Assembly: GCA_964360855.1 (NCBI GenBank)
Contig: CAYHXV010000002.1
Coordinates: forward strand, 97 to 64,096
Reading direction: 5' to 3'
Length of the DNA stretch: 64,000 bases
Source: an uncultured Candidatus Saccharibacteria bacterium
GTDB lineage: Bacteria > Patescibacteriota > Minisyncoccia > Phycocordibacterales > Phycocordibacteraceae
The notes beneath the pieces were generated by a model, which saw nothing but the letters and a program-made list of their open reading frames with translations, was not told the DNA's origin and did no database searches. A program made the position numbers and the translations under genes. This document shows positions 55,722 through 64,000 of the stretch, piece after piece (position 1 is the first letter of the stretch; each line of letters starts with the position of its first letter).

Positions 55722-56746
55722 CTATTTCAAATACTTCCGCACATTCTTCAACTGCCCTGCGTACGTTGGTGAGCAGTGGATGTCCCCCTCGTTATCATGC
55801 AAATAATAGACACAGTTAGTCTTTGCTGGATGGAGTGCTGCTTCAATGGACTCTAGGGACGGGTTGGCAATAGGATGTGGGGGTAATCCACGATACTTAT
55901 ACGTATTAAAGAGTGAGTCGAGTTTCTTATCCGCAGCAGTTGGCACCGGCCACCAGTTCCCTTTTCTCCCTTGAATGTATTGGAGGGTTGCATCAACCTG
56001 GAGTCCCATATTGTCCTCTATGCGATTCCACAAAATACCCGCGACAAGATGCTTATCATCTTCGGCTGCTTCGCGCTCTATGAGAGACGCCATGGTGAGG
56101 ACATCTTGCCAGGCAATGCCGCGTTGTAAGGCCTCAGTTGCATACGGCGCAAAGACTTCTTGGAATCTGCCCCGCAGTCTTCCCGCAACATAGGACGGTG
56201 TCTGATCGGTTGGAATAAGATACGTGTCTCCATAGTACACACCCTCGATAAAGTCAGGAGAGGGTGCGGTATCAATATTTATCCAATGAATTCGTTCCTC
56301 CTCACTCCAGCCAAGCTTCTTCACCAGCAGATCTGCTATCTGTTCCTTGCGCCAGCCACTCGGGATGGTTACCCAGGCAAGATAGGGGGCAGAAGTAAGG
56401 GTCTTTGCAATGGTGAGGTGTCCATGCTCGCCGAGAGTTCGTACCCTCCCTCTTGAATTCCCCGTCCTGAATCGTGTATACGGTACGCGATGGAGAATGC
56501 CGTGCTGCTCTTCACAAACCCTGCCTGACGCAATTCTCTGGTGATTTCAAAAACACTCGCGTCTGGCTTCACAATAAACTCACGGGCTTCTGCATGTGGA
56601 TCTGCTGGACCAAAGAACTGTGCATATAAAAGCAAACTTCCTACGATGAGCACCACTACTCCTGCTCCCGCAAGGATAAGAGGGCGGCGCCAGCCACCCG
56701 ACGGACGAAACGTTCGTACCTTTTCAAGAAACAATTCAAACTGCAT
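55722..56746 (-). pseudogene. mltG: Endolytic murein transglycosylase MltG (YceG) interrupted by a frameshift near 56440-56460
   Basis: The N-terminal fragment (56369..56746: TM plus start of the YceG domain) and the C-terminal fragment (55722..56324) are in different frames; extending the C-terminal frame upstream gives ...VTIPSGWRKEQIADLLVKKLGW..., the YceG signature, overlapping the 5' fragment; a ccctccc run sits at the junction. Confidence 0.6.
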
Positions 56747-56771
56747 GTTGTTCTATTCTACGACACCACCG

Positions 56772-58439
56772 CTACTTCTCCCCAAGGATAACAAGCCGGG
56801 CAAGTTTCAGTTCGTCATACGAATACTTTCCTTTTAGTTTTCCAAAGGCGGGAGCCAGTTTTAACTCTCCTTTAGTACCAAAGGCAGCGGCAATTTTTGG
56901 CAGTGCCGTGCGCAGACTTTCGGGAAGAAGGGCTTCTATCTCTTCGGATGTGAGCACACCTCCCTCACGAAGTTTCTCGAGGTGATCACAAATAGTACCA
57001 AAGGTCAGTTTGCGCACCTTCACTATCTCCTCAATACTTTTTCCTTCTTTCACCAAGGCAAGCGTCTCCTCGTAGGTGGATTTTTTTGGAGAACGAACCG
57101 CACCTTCGGCAGTGGCCTCAAGTGTTCCTCCCGATGCTCGAATAAATCGCTCTTGCATTTGCGTTAGCTCCCCCTCAGCATCAAGTGCCTCAAATGCGCG
57201 CCTGGCAGCTTCAGACTGTTCTTTGAACGAGCGATCAATGGAAAGTACCTCGGGATGTACCTGCATGGCGCTCTCGCTCCATCCAAGAAGTTGGAGCCCG
57301 TCGAGGGTGCGGACTCGAGAAAGTGCTACATACCCCTGGCCGTATTCAAATGCACGCGATAAATCTATGGCGGCAGCGTCCATACTCATTCCCTGACTCT
57401 TGTGCACGGTGATTGCCCAGGCAAGGCGCAGTGGTATCTGAGCGAGGCTTGCGCGCACCTTGCCATTCTCTTCCACCGCCCAGTCCACGGGCGCCACCAC
57501 AATCTCGCGCCCGTCCCGTGTTTCGATAATAGGATTCCCCGTACCCATCTCGTATCCAATCACGCAGCCGAGTGTTCCGTTTACGTATCCCACTGCCGGA
57601 TTATTCTTGGTGCACATAACAATAGCTCCTTCCTTCAGACTAAGAGTCTCCGGAGACAGGCAGCCACGCTTCAGGGCTTCGGTTAATACTGCAGGTCCGG
57701 TGGTGTTCATAGAAAATACATGGGCTCGCGCAGAGAGCGAAGCTAGTTTCTCATCGTTAATGCGATCCACGTCAGCGTTGTGCGTGAAAAGCCGGGGAGT
57801 ATCAATCTCCACCGTATCCATCTCGGCTTCTCTTGAGGTAATAACAGACACATGGGTGTGGTCCCACTCACCACTTCGAATGGCGGCCAGTACGTTCAGG
57901 AATACTGAATCCTCCTGGCGATGTTGTTCGGTTAGATAGCAGACGAGTGGATTGAGTTTCTTCCAGGCGGGAGATTGAAACGCAAACGACGTTTCGCCAC
58001 GCGACACCGGCGGCAACTGAAAGAAGTCCCCCACCAATACTGTCTGGATACCTCCCATAGGGAGTTCACTGTGTCGTACCTCACGTAGTACCGCATCGAC
58101 CATTTCAAGCACACCGCCCGAGAGCATAGATACTTCGTCTATGATAAGCACTTTTGCCTTCTGCAAACGCTTAGCCACATGCTCTTTGGAGCTAATGACA
58201 TCAAGAAGCTCGGGGGTCATACGCTCGGCAATACCAATGCCACTCCAGGAGTGGATGGTCATACCACCCACGTGAGTAGCCGCAATACCGGTGCTTGCGG
58301 TAATAGCCGGCTCAATAGCGTGACTGCGCAGCCAGCTCACATACGCATTCACCGTATGCGTCTTTCCGCTTCCTGGTTCACCCGTAAGAAATACGTTCGC
58401 ACCGGTTTGCAGTATGGTGAGTGCTTCGGACTGGGTCAT
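56772..58439 (-). CDS. Pif1/RecD-family SF1 DNA helicase with C-terminal HhH/HTH-like extension
   Basis: Walker A GEPGSGKT, IIDEVSM, LTEQHRQ, VHKSQG motifs; about 150-aa C-terminal alpha-helical domain. Confidence 0.75.
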   Translation of the reverse strand: MTQSEALTILQTGANVFLTGEPGSGKTHTVNAYVSWLRSHAIEPAITASTGIAATHVGGMTIHSWSGIGIAERMTPELLDVISSKEHVAKRLQKAKVLIIDEVSMLSGGVLEMVDAVLREVRHSELPMGGIQTVLVGDFFQLPPVSRGETSFAFQSPAWKKLNPLVCYLTEQHRQEDSVFLNVLAAIRSGEWDHTHVSVITSREAEMDTVEIDTPRLFTHNADVDRINDEKLASLSARAHVFSMNTTGPAVLTEALKRGCLSPETLSLKEGAIVMCTKNNPAVGYVNGTLGCVIGYEMGTGNPIIETRDGREIVVAPVDWAVEENGKVRASLAQIPLRLAWAITVHKSQGMSMDAAAIDLSRAFEYGQGYVALSRVRTLDGLQLLGWSESAMQVHPEVLSIDRSFKEQSEAARRAFEALDAEGELTQMQERFIRASGGTLEATAEGAVRSPKKSTYEETLALVKEGKSIEEIVKVRKLTFGTICDHLEKLREGGVLTSEEIEALLPESLRTALPKIAAAFGTKGELKLAPAFGKLKGKYSYDELKLARLVILGEK

Positions 58440-59200
58440 GAAAGAGAGAACTCTAGATAGAGAGGCGCGTGATCCGATACTTCGTCAGGGAGAACTTTAA
58501 AGTCTTCAACGGTGACTTCGTCGCTCACGAATGCGTAGTCGGCAAACTGTTCACTACTTTTCGTATAAAGAGTAGTGCGGGTGGACGTAATACCGAACTC
58601 GGAAATAAGATTACGCATACCTGCCGCTTCAAGTTTTCTAACACTTTCAGTGTCCGGACGAAGATTAAAATCTCCTACCAACACAACCGGTACCTCAAGG
58701 CTCGTAACAAATTGAACAATATTATCCGACTGTGCGAGTCGATCCTCTGAGTCCCCCTTACCCTGGCCATTCCACAGTCCATGTACTTGTGCGATGACAC
58801 ACTCGTGGTCTGCAGTACCTATGCGAATATACTGCAGATTCCGAGCGTGGTTTCCATTCTCATCAGGATCAATGAACCCACGTTCTCGATATACAAAGAG
58901 TTCTCCCTCCTCTAAAACCTTTATGTCCTTATGCACAAACAATGCTAAGCCGTAGTAGTCATTAAAATGTGGTCTGAAATAATGCACGTGATTCGGGAGT
59001 GTTTTCTGAATATTGTTTAAGAGGTCCAAGTCTATTCCGACTAATTCTGATGAGCCGGCAATCTTTCCTACCATTTCTTCTCCTCCACACCATATTTCTT
59101 GTAAACAAAAAACATCTACGTCCTGTTGTTCTCTAAAGAAAGCCAATAGTTCCTCACGACCTGCCTTACCGCCCCACGTATTAAGGGAAATGACTTTCAT
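58436..59200 (-). CDS. Endonuclease/exonuclease/phosphatase (EEP) family protein
   Basis: CLQE N-terminal motif, GDFN, SDHAP C-terminal catalytic His motif; 4-nt overlap with the downstream helicase. Confidence 0.75.
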   Translation of the reverse strand: MKVISLNTWGGKAGREELLAFFREQQDVDVFCLQEIWCGGEEMVGKIAGSSELVGIDLDLLNNIQKTLPNHVHYFRPHFNDYYGLALFVHKDIKVLEEGELFVYRERGFIDPDENGNHARNLQYIRIGTADHECVIAQVHGLWNGQGKGDSEDRLAQSDNIVQFVTSLEVPVVLVGDFNLRPDTESVRKLEAAGMRNLISEFGITSTRTTLYTKSSEQFADYAFVSDEVTVEDFKVLPDEVSDHAPLYLEFSLS

Positions 59201-59206
59201 TGTGCT

Positions 59207-59680
59207 CTAACGCTTCTCAACCAAAAGCACAAACCGGTAGTCCGTTGAATTCAAAGTTGCAGTACTTACCCGCACCGGCTCAACACTCACCAGTGTCACC
59301 TTCATTGATTCGGTCGTACTAGTCTCTCCAAGTTTTAACTCGAGAGTACTCGTACCCTGTATAGAGCTACTCACCCGTACCGTCCCTGCTTGTATACACT
59401 GCACGTCTTTGGGGCATCGACTGTCCTCAAGAATCTTGTCGAGGACAATGTAAAACTCTCCCGCTTGTCCGCGTTCGCCAAGGGAAAGGGTGAGCGTAGT
59501 GGAAGTCTCAACAACGGGTGGCACCACAACTTGTTCTGCCGGAACTGGCGCAAGCGCCGTGCGAGGATGCTGCAACGCATACCCCACCATTCCCCCAAGA
59601 AGCACCACTACCGCTCCAACTATCCAGAGATACATAAAGGTATGATGCGGTTTCTCGTGGTGGTTCAACATAACGTCCAT
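59207..59680 (-). CDS. Hypothetical membrane-anchored protein with extracytoplasmic domain
   Basis: TM helix WIVGAVVVLLGGMVGYAL then about 120-aa soluble domain; 6 nt upstream of the EEP gene. Confidence 0.4.
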   Translation of the reverse strand: MDVMLNHHEKPHHTFMYLWIVGAVVVLLGGMVGYALQHPRTALAPVPAEQVVVPPVVETSTTLTLSLGERGQAGEFYIVLDKILEDSRCPKDVQCIQAGTVRVSSSIQGTSTLELKLGETSTTESMKVTLVSVEPVRVSTATLNSTDYRFVLLVEKR

Positions 59681-59737
59681 AGTACCACCCGCCTTCAATA
59701 CGTTGACATATTTGCTTTTCCAGTATAAAGTGTTGAA

Positions 59738-61270
59738 ATGAAATCGATTATCCAGCGCCTTATGAGCGCCCTGCAATATGTGCGTCGTACAAGCCTAAAG
59801 ACCTGGGTCTGGTTCCGGGGGCAAAAGCTCTGGAAGCAAATTATCATTGGAGCACTTCTTGCCGCTCTAGTAGTTGGTATGGTGCTGTTTTTGACGTCAT
59901 TCACAAAGACAGATGCTGCAGGCGACCAACCGCGCACCGTGACTCTGTCTAGTGCCGGTTCCCTTTCAGGAACTGGGGACGGTGCAAATGTGCTTGGAAC
60001 CGTGCGCTCCGTCACAGAAGCTTCTCTATTAGCTGAAAGTAGCGGCACGGTGCGCAGTGTTCGCACAACTCTTGGCGCGAGTGTTCCCGCAGGATTTATT
60101 ATTGCAGAGCTCGAGAACGCTGCGCAGCGCGCGAGCGTCCTTCAGGCCGAAGGAAGCTATGACGCCGCTATAGCAGCACGAAGTGGTGTGTCTCCAACAG
60201 ACACCAGTGCTTCTGTGCGCAATACCTATCGCGCGGCATTCTCTGCGGTGGATAGTGCACTCTCAAATCAGGTTGATTCGGTGTTTGGAGACCCCACCCC
60301 ACTTGGTCCGCAACTTCTTATTAATGCCGTGAATCCGTCTCCTGACTATTTTTCTCGCGCTCGAGACACACTTAATCAGCGCATGATTCTCTGGCGCGCG
60401 CACCAAGCAACTCTAGGCGCAACTGACCCCGGACAACTTCTGGACGAGGCACAAGGAATTGTGGACAGCACCTCTTCTTTTTTAAATGATCTTACTCGTG
60501 CAGCAAGCGAGACTAACTCGGGTGCTAGTGCAACCCAAGTGGCGAACCTAGCTGCTGCCAGGGCTACGGTGAACGCGCAGCAGGTCGCACTGGCCAGCAG
60601 CAGAGAAGCATACCGAAGCAAGAGTGTGAGTTCCACCGCGTCTGTTGATGCCTCCGTTAAGATTGCGCTTGGTGCGCTTCGTGGGGCTCAGGCACAACTT
60701 GAGAAGACGCTCATACGTGCGCCCATTGGCGGCACCGTTAACTTCTTGCCAATTCGTGTGGGTGACTACGTCACGCAGTATTTGCATGTAGCAACCGTTG
60801 CACAAAACGGTTCACTTGAAATTGTGACCAGCGTGTCTGAAGACGAGCGAACCCAACTCTCGGTAGGAGACAAGGTACACATAGATGCGCTCTATGGTGG
60901 GGTGATCACGAGCATTGCTCCCGCACTTGATCCAAGCACCCGACAAATAGAGGTGCATATTGCAGTCACTGATTCCAAAACAACATTGCTGAACGGTCAG
61001 TCAGTACACATTACGTTGCCAGGAGCAGTTGCCGTTACCGCTAGCCAGGGTCCACTCATGCTGCCCTTGGCTGCGGTAAAGCTGCGCGCCGGAGATCGTC
61101 TCGTATTTAGTGTGAATGAGGAGGGTCGTCTCGTGGGCCACATTGTTACGGTAGGCGAAGTACGCGGCAACCGTATTGAAATACTGAGTGGTCTTACTCC
61201 AGACACCCGCATTGTGACGGACGCACGAGGACTGTCCGAAGGACAGAAGGTGTCGATAGCAAGTATCTAA
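59738..61270 (+). CDS. Efflux-transporter periplasmic adaptor (membrane-fusion protein, HlyD/AcrA family)
   Basis: N-terminal TM, long alpha-helical hairpin, lipoyl/beta-barrel motifs (LIRAPIGGTVNFLPIRVGDYV); TTGACA-15-TATAAA immediately upstream (near-leaderless). Confidence 0.7.
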   Translation: MKSIIQRLMSALQYVRRTSLKTWVWFRGQKLWKQIIIGALLAALVVGMVLFLTSFTKTDAAGDQPRTVTLSSAGSLSGTGDGANVLGTVRSVTEASLLAESSGTVRSVRTTLGASVPAGFIIAELENAAQRASVLQAEGSYDAAIAARSGVSPTDTSASVRNTYRAAFSAVDSALSNQVDSVFGDPTPLGPQLLINAVNPSPDYFSRARDTLNQRMILWRAHQATLGATDPGQLLDEAQGIVDSTSSFLNDLTRAASETNSGASATQVANLAAARATVNAQQVALASSREAYRSKSVSSTASVDASVKIALGALRGAQAQLEKTLIRAPIGGTVNFLPIRVGDYVTQYLHVATVAQNGSLEIVTSVSEDERTQLSVGDKVHIDALYGGVITSIAPALDPSTRQIEVHIAVTDSKTTLLNGQSVHITLPGAVAVTASQGPLMLPLAAVKLRAGDRLVFSVNEEGRLVGHIVTVGEVRGNRIEILSGLTPDTRIVTDARGLSEGQKVSIASI

Positions 61271-61273
61271 CCC

Positions 61274-64000
61274 ATGACGAAATTCTGGAGCTTCTTTCTG
61301 AAGAAACGTACCTTCACCGTGTTTCTCATGGGTGGCCTCTTGGCGGCTGGGTTGTATGCGGTTGCGGTCATACCAAAGGAAGCAACACCGGATATTTCTA
61401 TTCCACTCGGCGTTGTTTCTACCGTGCTTCCGGGAGCATCCGCGTCTGACGTTGAGCGCCTTATCACAGACAAAATAGAGAGTGGGGTACTTGGTGTTGA
61501 GCACGTTTCAAAAGTGACTTCAACTTCCGGGGACGGCATCTCCGTGGTCTCAGTTGAGTTTGATGCGTCAGCAAACATTGATAAGTCGATACAGCTTCTT
61601 AAGGACGCTGTTGATAAGGTGCGTCCAGAATTGCCCACCGAAGCACTAACACCCACTGTGTCCGATGTTAACTTTGCAGACCAACCAATTCTCATCGTAT
61701 CGGTCTCGGGCAACCTCGCTCCACAAGAACTGACCGCCCTCGGCGAGAGTGTGTCGGACGAATTGAAGCGGGTGCCCGGAGTGTCGAAGGTTTCGGTATC
61801 AGGGGTGCGTGATCGCCAGGTACAGGTGGTGGTACGCCAAGCGGCGCTTCGCCAGTATGGGCTCTCACTTTCAGATGTTACTGGCGCACTCCGCTCCGCA
61901 GGCATTGCGTCTCCTGCTGGCTCTATCACCGTGGACGGCGTGAATTACGGCGTGCGTTTTGAATCTGGAATACTTTCCCCTGAAGCAGTTGGGGCGGTTG
62001 CCTTGGCCGGACCCGGCGGGAGCACACTCCACATACGCGATGTTGCTGATGTAGTGGACGCACTCGAAGACCCGCGCACGTATTCAAGAGTGTCTGTAGC
62101 AGGAAGCCCTGCAGAACCATCTCTCACCCTCACTCTGTATAAGAGCCGTGGCGGCAACATTGTGGAGACCGGGCACGCCGTTGAAAAGAAGTTGAAAGAT
62201 CTGGAAAGCAGCTTACTTGCTGGAACACACACGGTTATTTCGTACAACGGTGCGGAAGAAGTAAACGAGAGCCTTACCGAGCTCACCCGTGCCGGTATTG
62301 AAACCGTCATACTGGTGATGCTCGTGCTTCTCTTTACCCTCGGCTGGCGAGAGTCTTTGGTTGCGGCTGCCTCCATTCCCCTTTCTTTCCTGGTTGCCTT
62401 CATTGGTCTTTTAGCTTCTGGCAACACTCTTAATAATGTTTCCCTCTTCTCACTCATCCTCGCCATTGGTATTTTAGTTGACTCCGGGATTGTGGTAGTG
62501 GAAGCATTCCATACTCGACTACTTGAGTACGGAAATAAACAAAAAGCAGCGGTGGCGGCAATACGCGAATACGCGTGGCCGCTTATTGCAGGAACCTTCA
62601 CCACCATTGTGGTATTTGTTCCGCTCTTCTTTCTTTCGGGGATTGTAGGTAAGTTCCTGGCCTCTATTCCCTTCACCATTATCTTTGTGCTCCTTGCCTC
62701 AATCTTTGTGGCACTTGGATTTGTTCCGCTTCTTGCAATGTTCTTTGTTCGCGACACGCACTCAGTAATCCAAGACCGTCAGGAGAAATACAATCAACGA
62801 GCAAAGGTCTGGTACCAAGCATTCCTGCACAAGCTCCTCAACAATGCGCAGGATCAAAAGAAGTTTCTCATCACCATGGGAGTGTTGTTTGTCCTCGCCC
62901 TTATGCTGCCCTCAACAGGATTACTTAAATCAATATTCTTCCCTGGTGCTGATTCAGATTTCGTCTATGTGCAGATTGAGAAGCCTCGAGGAACTGAGCT
63001 TGCTCACACCGATCTCTCGGTCCGTGAAGTAGAGGAAATCCTCTACACAAACAAACAGGTTGCTTCCTTTGTAAGCGAAGCAGGTTCTGGTAGCTCATTT
63101 GCGGGAGGTGCGGGGTCTGGACCTGCAAGCGGCAGCAATGTCGGAAACATTACGGTGAATCTTCAAAAGAATCACCGTCAGACAAGTGCAGAATTTGTGA
63201 CTGCGCTACGCAAGGAGCTTGCTTCTATTACCTCTGCCACCATAACCGTGAGTGAACCATCTGACGGCCCCCCGTCATCCGCTCCGGTCACTATTACATT
63301 TCAAGGAGACGACCTTAATGCACTCACCCTCACCGCAGACAATGCCGCTCACACCCTGTCTGATATTCCGGGCGTGGTGAATGTGAACGCCAGCACCAAA
63401 GACTCGAGCTCTGAGTTTGTCGTTACTTTAGACAGTGCCCGTGCTGCAGAGCTCGGGGTGTCTCCACTCACCGTAGCAGACACGCTGCGCACCGCACTCT
63501 TTAGTGCAAAAGCCACAACGATTCGCACCGGCACCAATGATATTGAGGTGCGTACGAAGCTTGACTTGAATTCAACTTATCGCGACCCTTCAGAGACCAC
63601 ACACACCACCATTGACTCAGTGCGCTCCCTCACTATTCCGGGAAGAAATGGTCCCGTTCCGCTCTCTTCCATAGCAACCATTTCGTATGTTGCTGCTCAA
63701 GCAAACATTGCACACGAAGCCGGGATACGTATTAGTACGGTTACCGCAGATGTGGGTCCCAAGGCAAATGCCATAGATGTAACGAAGGAATTTGAGAAAC
63801 GCTTCACCGACGATCAGATTGGTTCTGGGGTAACGATGAAACTTGGTGGGGCTTCTGAAGATGTGGGGAATTCCTTCCTTGAGCTGTTTGTTGCACTCAT
63901 CGCCGGAGCAGCCCTCATGCTTTCGATTCTTATTCTTGAATTTAACTCGTTCCGTCAGTCGTTTTATTTGCTTGCCATCATTCCGCTCTCCTTGATTGGC
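61274..64000 (+). CDS. RND-family efflux permease (AcrB-like), 5' partial - runs off the window end
   Basis: Translation from ATG 61274 (MTKFWSFFLKKRTFTVFLMGGLLAAGLYAV...) is open to the end of the window; missing from the ORF track only because no stop is reached; the ORF-track minus ORFs 61267..62757 are antisense artefacts. Confidence 0.8.
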   Translation, partial: MTKFWSFFLKKRTFTVFLMGGLLAAGLYAVAVIPKEATPDISIPLGVVSTVLPGASASDVERLITDKIESGVLGVEHVSKVTSTSGDGISVVSVEFDASANIDKSIQLLKDAVDKVRPELPTEALTPTVSDVNFADQPILIVSVSGNLAPQELTALGESVSDELKRVPGVSKVSVSGVRDRQVQVVVRQAALRQYGLSLSDVTGALRSAGIASPAGSITVDGVNYGVRFESGILSPEAVGAVALAGPGGSTLHIRDVADVVDALEDPRTYSRVSVAGSPAEPSLTLTLYKSRGGNIVETGHAVEKKLKDLESSLLAGTHTVISYNGAEEVNESLTELTRAGIETVILVMLVLLFTLGWRESLVAAASIPLSFLVAFIGLLASGNTLNNVSLFSLILAIGILVDSGIVVVEAFHTRLLEYGNKQKAAVAAIREYAWPLIAGTFTTIVVFVPLFFLSGIVGKFLASIPFTIIFVLLASIFVALGFVPLLAMFFVRDTHSVIQDRQEKYNQRAKVWYQAFLHKLLNNAQDQKKFLITMGVLFVLALMLPSTGLLKSIFFPGADSDFVYVQIEKPRGTELAHTDLSVREVEEILYTNKQVASFVSEAGSGSSFAGGAGSGPASGSNVGNITVNLQKNHRQTSAEFVTALRKELASITSATITVSEPSDGPPSSAPVTITFQGDDLNALTLTADNAAHTLSDIPGVVNVNASTKDSSSEFVVTLDSARAAELGVSPLTVADTLRTALFSAKATTIRTGTNDIEVRTKLDLNSTYRDPSETTHTTIDSVRSLTIPGRNGPVPLSSIATISYVAAQANIAHEAGIRISTVTADVGPKANAIDVTKEFEKRFTDDQIGSGVTMKLGGASEDVGNSFLELFVALIAGAALMLSILILEFNSFRQSFYLLAIIPLSLIG

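Noticed and set aside
61267-62757. Two minus-strand ORFs (220 and 270 aa) in the ORF track
   Set aside because: They are antisense to a clear RND permease that reads through on the plus strand; their S/T/R/P-rich low-complexity translations are artefacts.

Overview
This 64-kb window is a gene-dense, mostly housekeeping bacterial region with several unexplained accessory features. It carries a small-genome signature: a 730-aa ValRS, a minimal LepB, a roughly 335-nt RNase P RNA, many overlapping or 4-nt-coupled genes, and scattered tRNAs. I read that as a streamlined lineage, possibly Patescibacteria/CPR with about 55% GC; this is an inference, not proven from the sequence. 

Recognisable content:
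- Core genes: pth, lepB, rpsU, ybeY, ftsA-ftsZ, trxB, tsaC, tsaD, valS, lepA, murJ, maf, htpX, lemA, groES-groEL, secG, rnj, nth, typA and a DEAD-box helicase.
- A thiol-redox and repair cluster: bcp, VKOR, msrB, NUDIX, msrA, dedA and a DsbA-like protein.
- Six tRNAs: Ser-CGA, Glu-TTC, Val-GAC, Phe-GAA, Arg-CCT and Ser-GGA.
- An unannotated RNase P RNA (rnpB) on the minus strand at about 29.9-30.25 kb, identified from the conserved P4 and P1 motifs.
- An RND efflux pair at the 3' end, with the permease running off the window.

Observations worth a second look:
- Three monocistronic minus-strand genes have clearly elevated GC or GC3, their own terminators and host-like promoters. One is a signal-peptide OmpW/Opa-like beta-barrel outer-membrane protein, which is unexpected if the host is monoderm. 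The other two are orphan proteins, one flanked by a 15-bp inverted repeat. I read these as candidate horizontally acquired genes.
- Two, possibly three, unannotated 36-41-aa single-TM peptides have strong Shine-Dalgarno sites and share an MPxxIPxxxLxGVG N-terminus.
- A HisRS paralog keeps the insertion and anticodon-binding domains but has a degenerate motif 2.
- An orphan ATP-grasp ligase sits next to the GC3-rich orphan gene and a tiny acidic peptide ORF.
- groESL has a consensus sigma70 promoter but no CIRCE; the 5'UTR carries two other palindromes instead.
- A perfect 22-bp palindrome lies upstream of a HAD hydrolase gene.
- mltG is split by a frameshift.
- A translationally coupled EEP nuclease plus Pif1/RecD-like helicase operon is present.

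No CRISPR array, transposase or integrase was seen.
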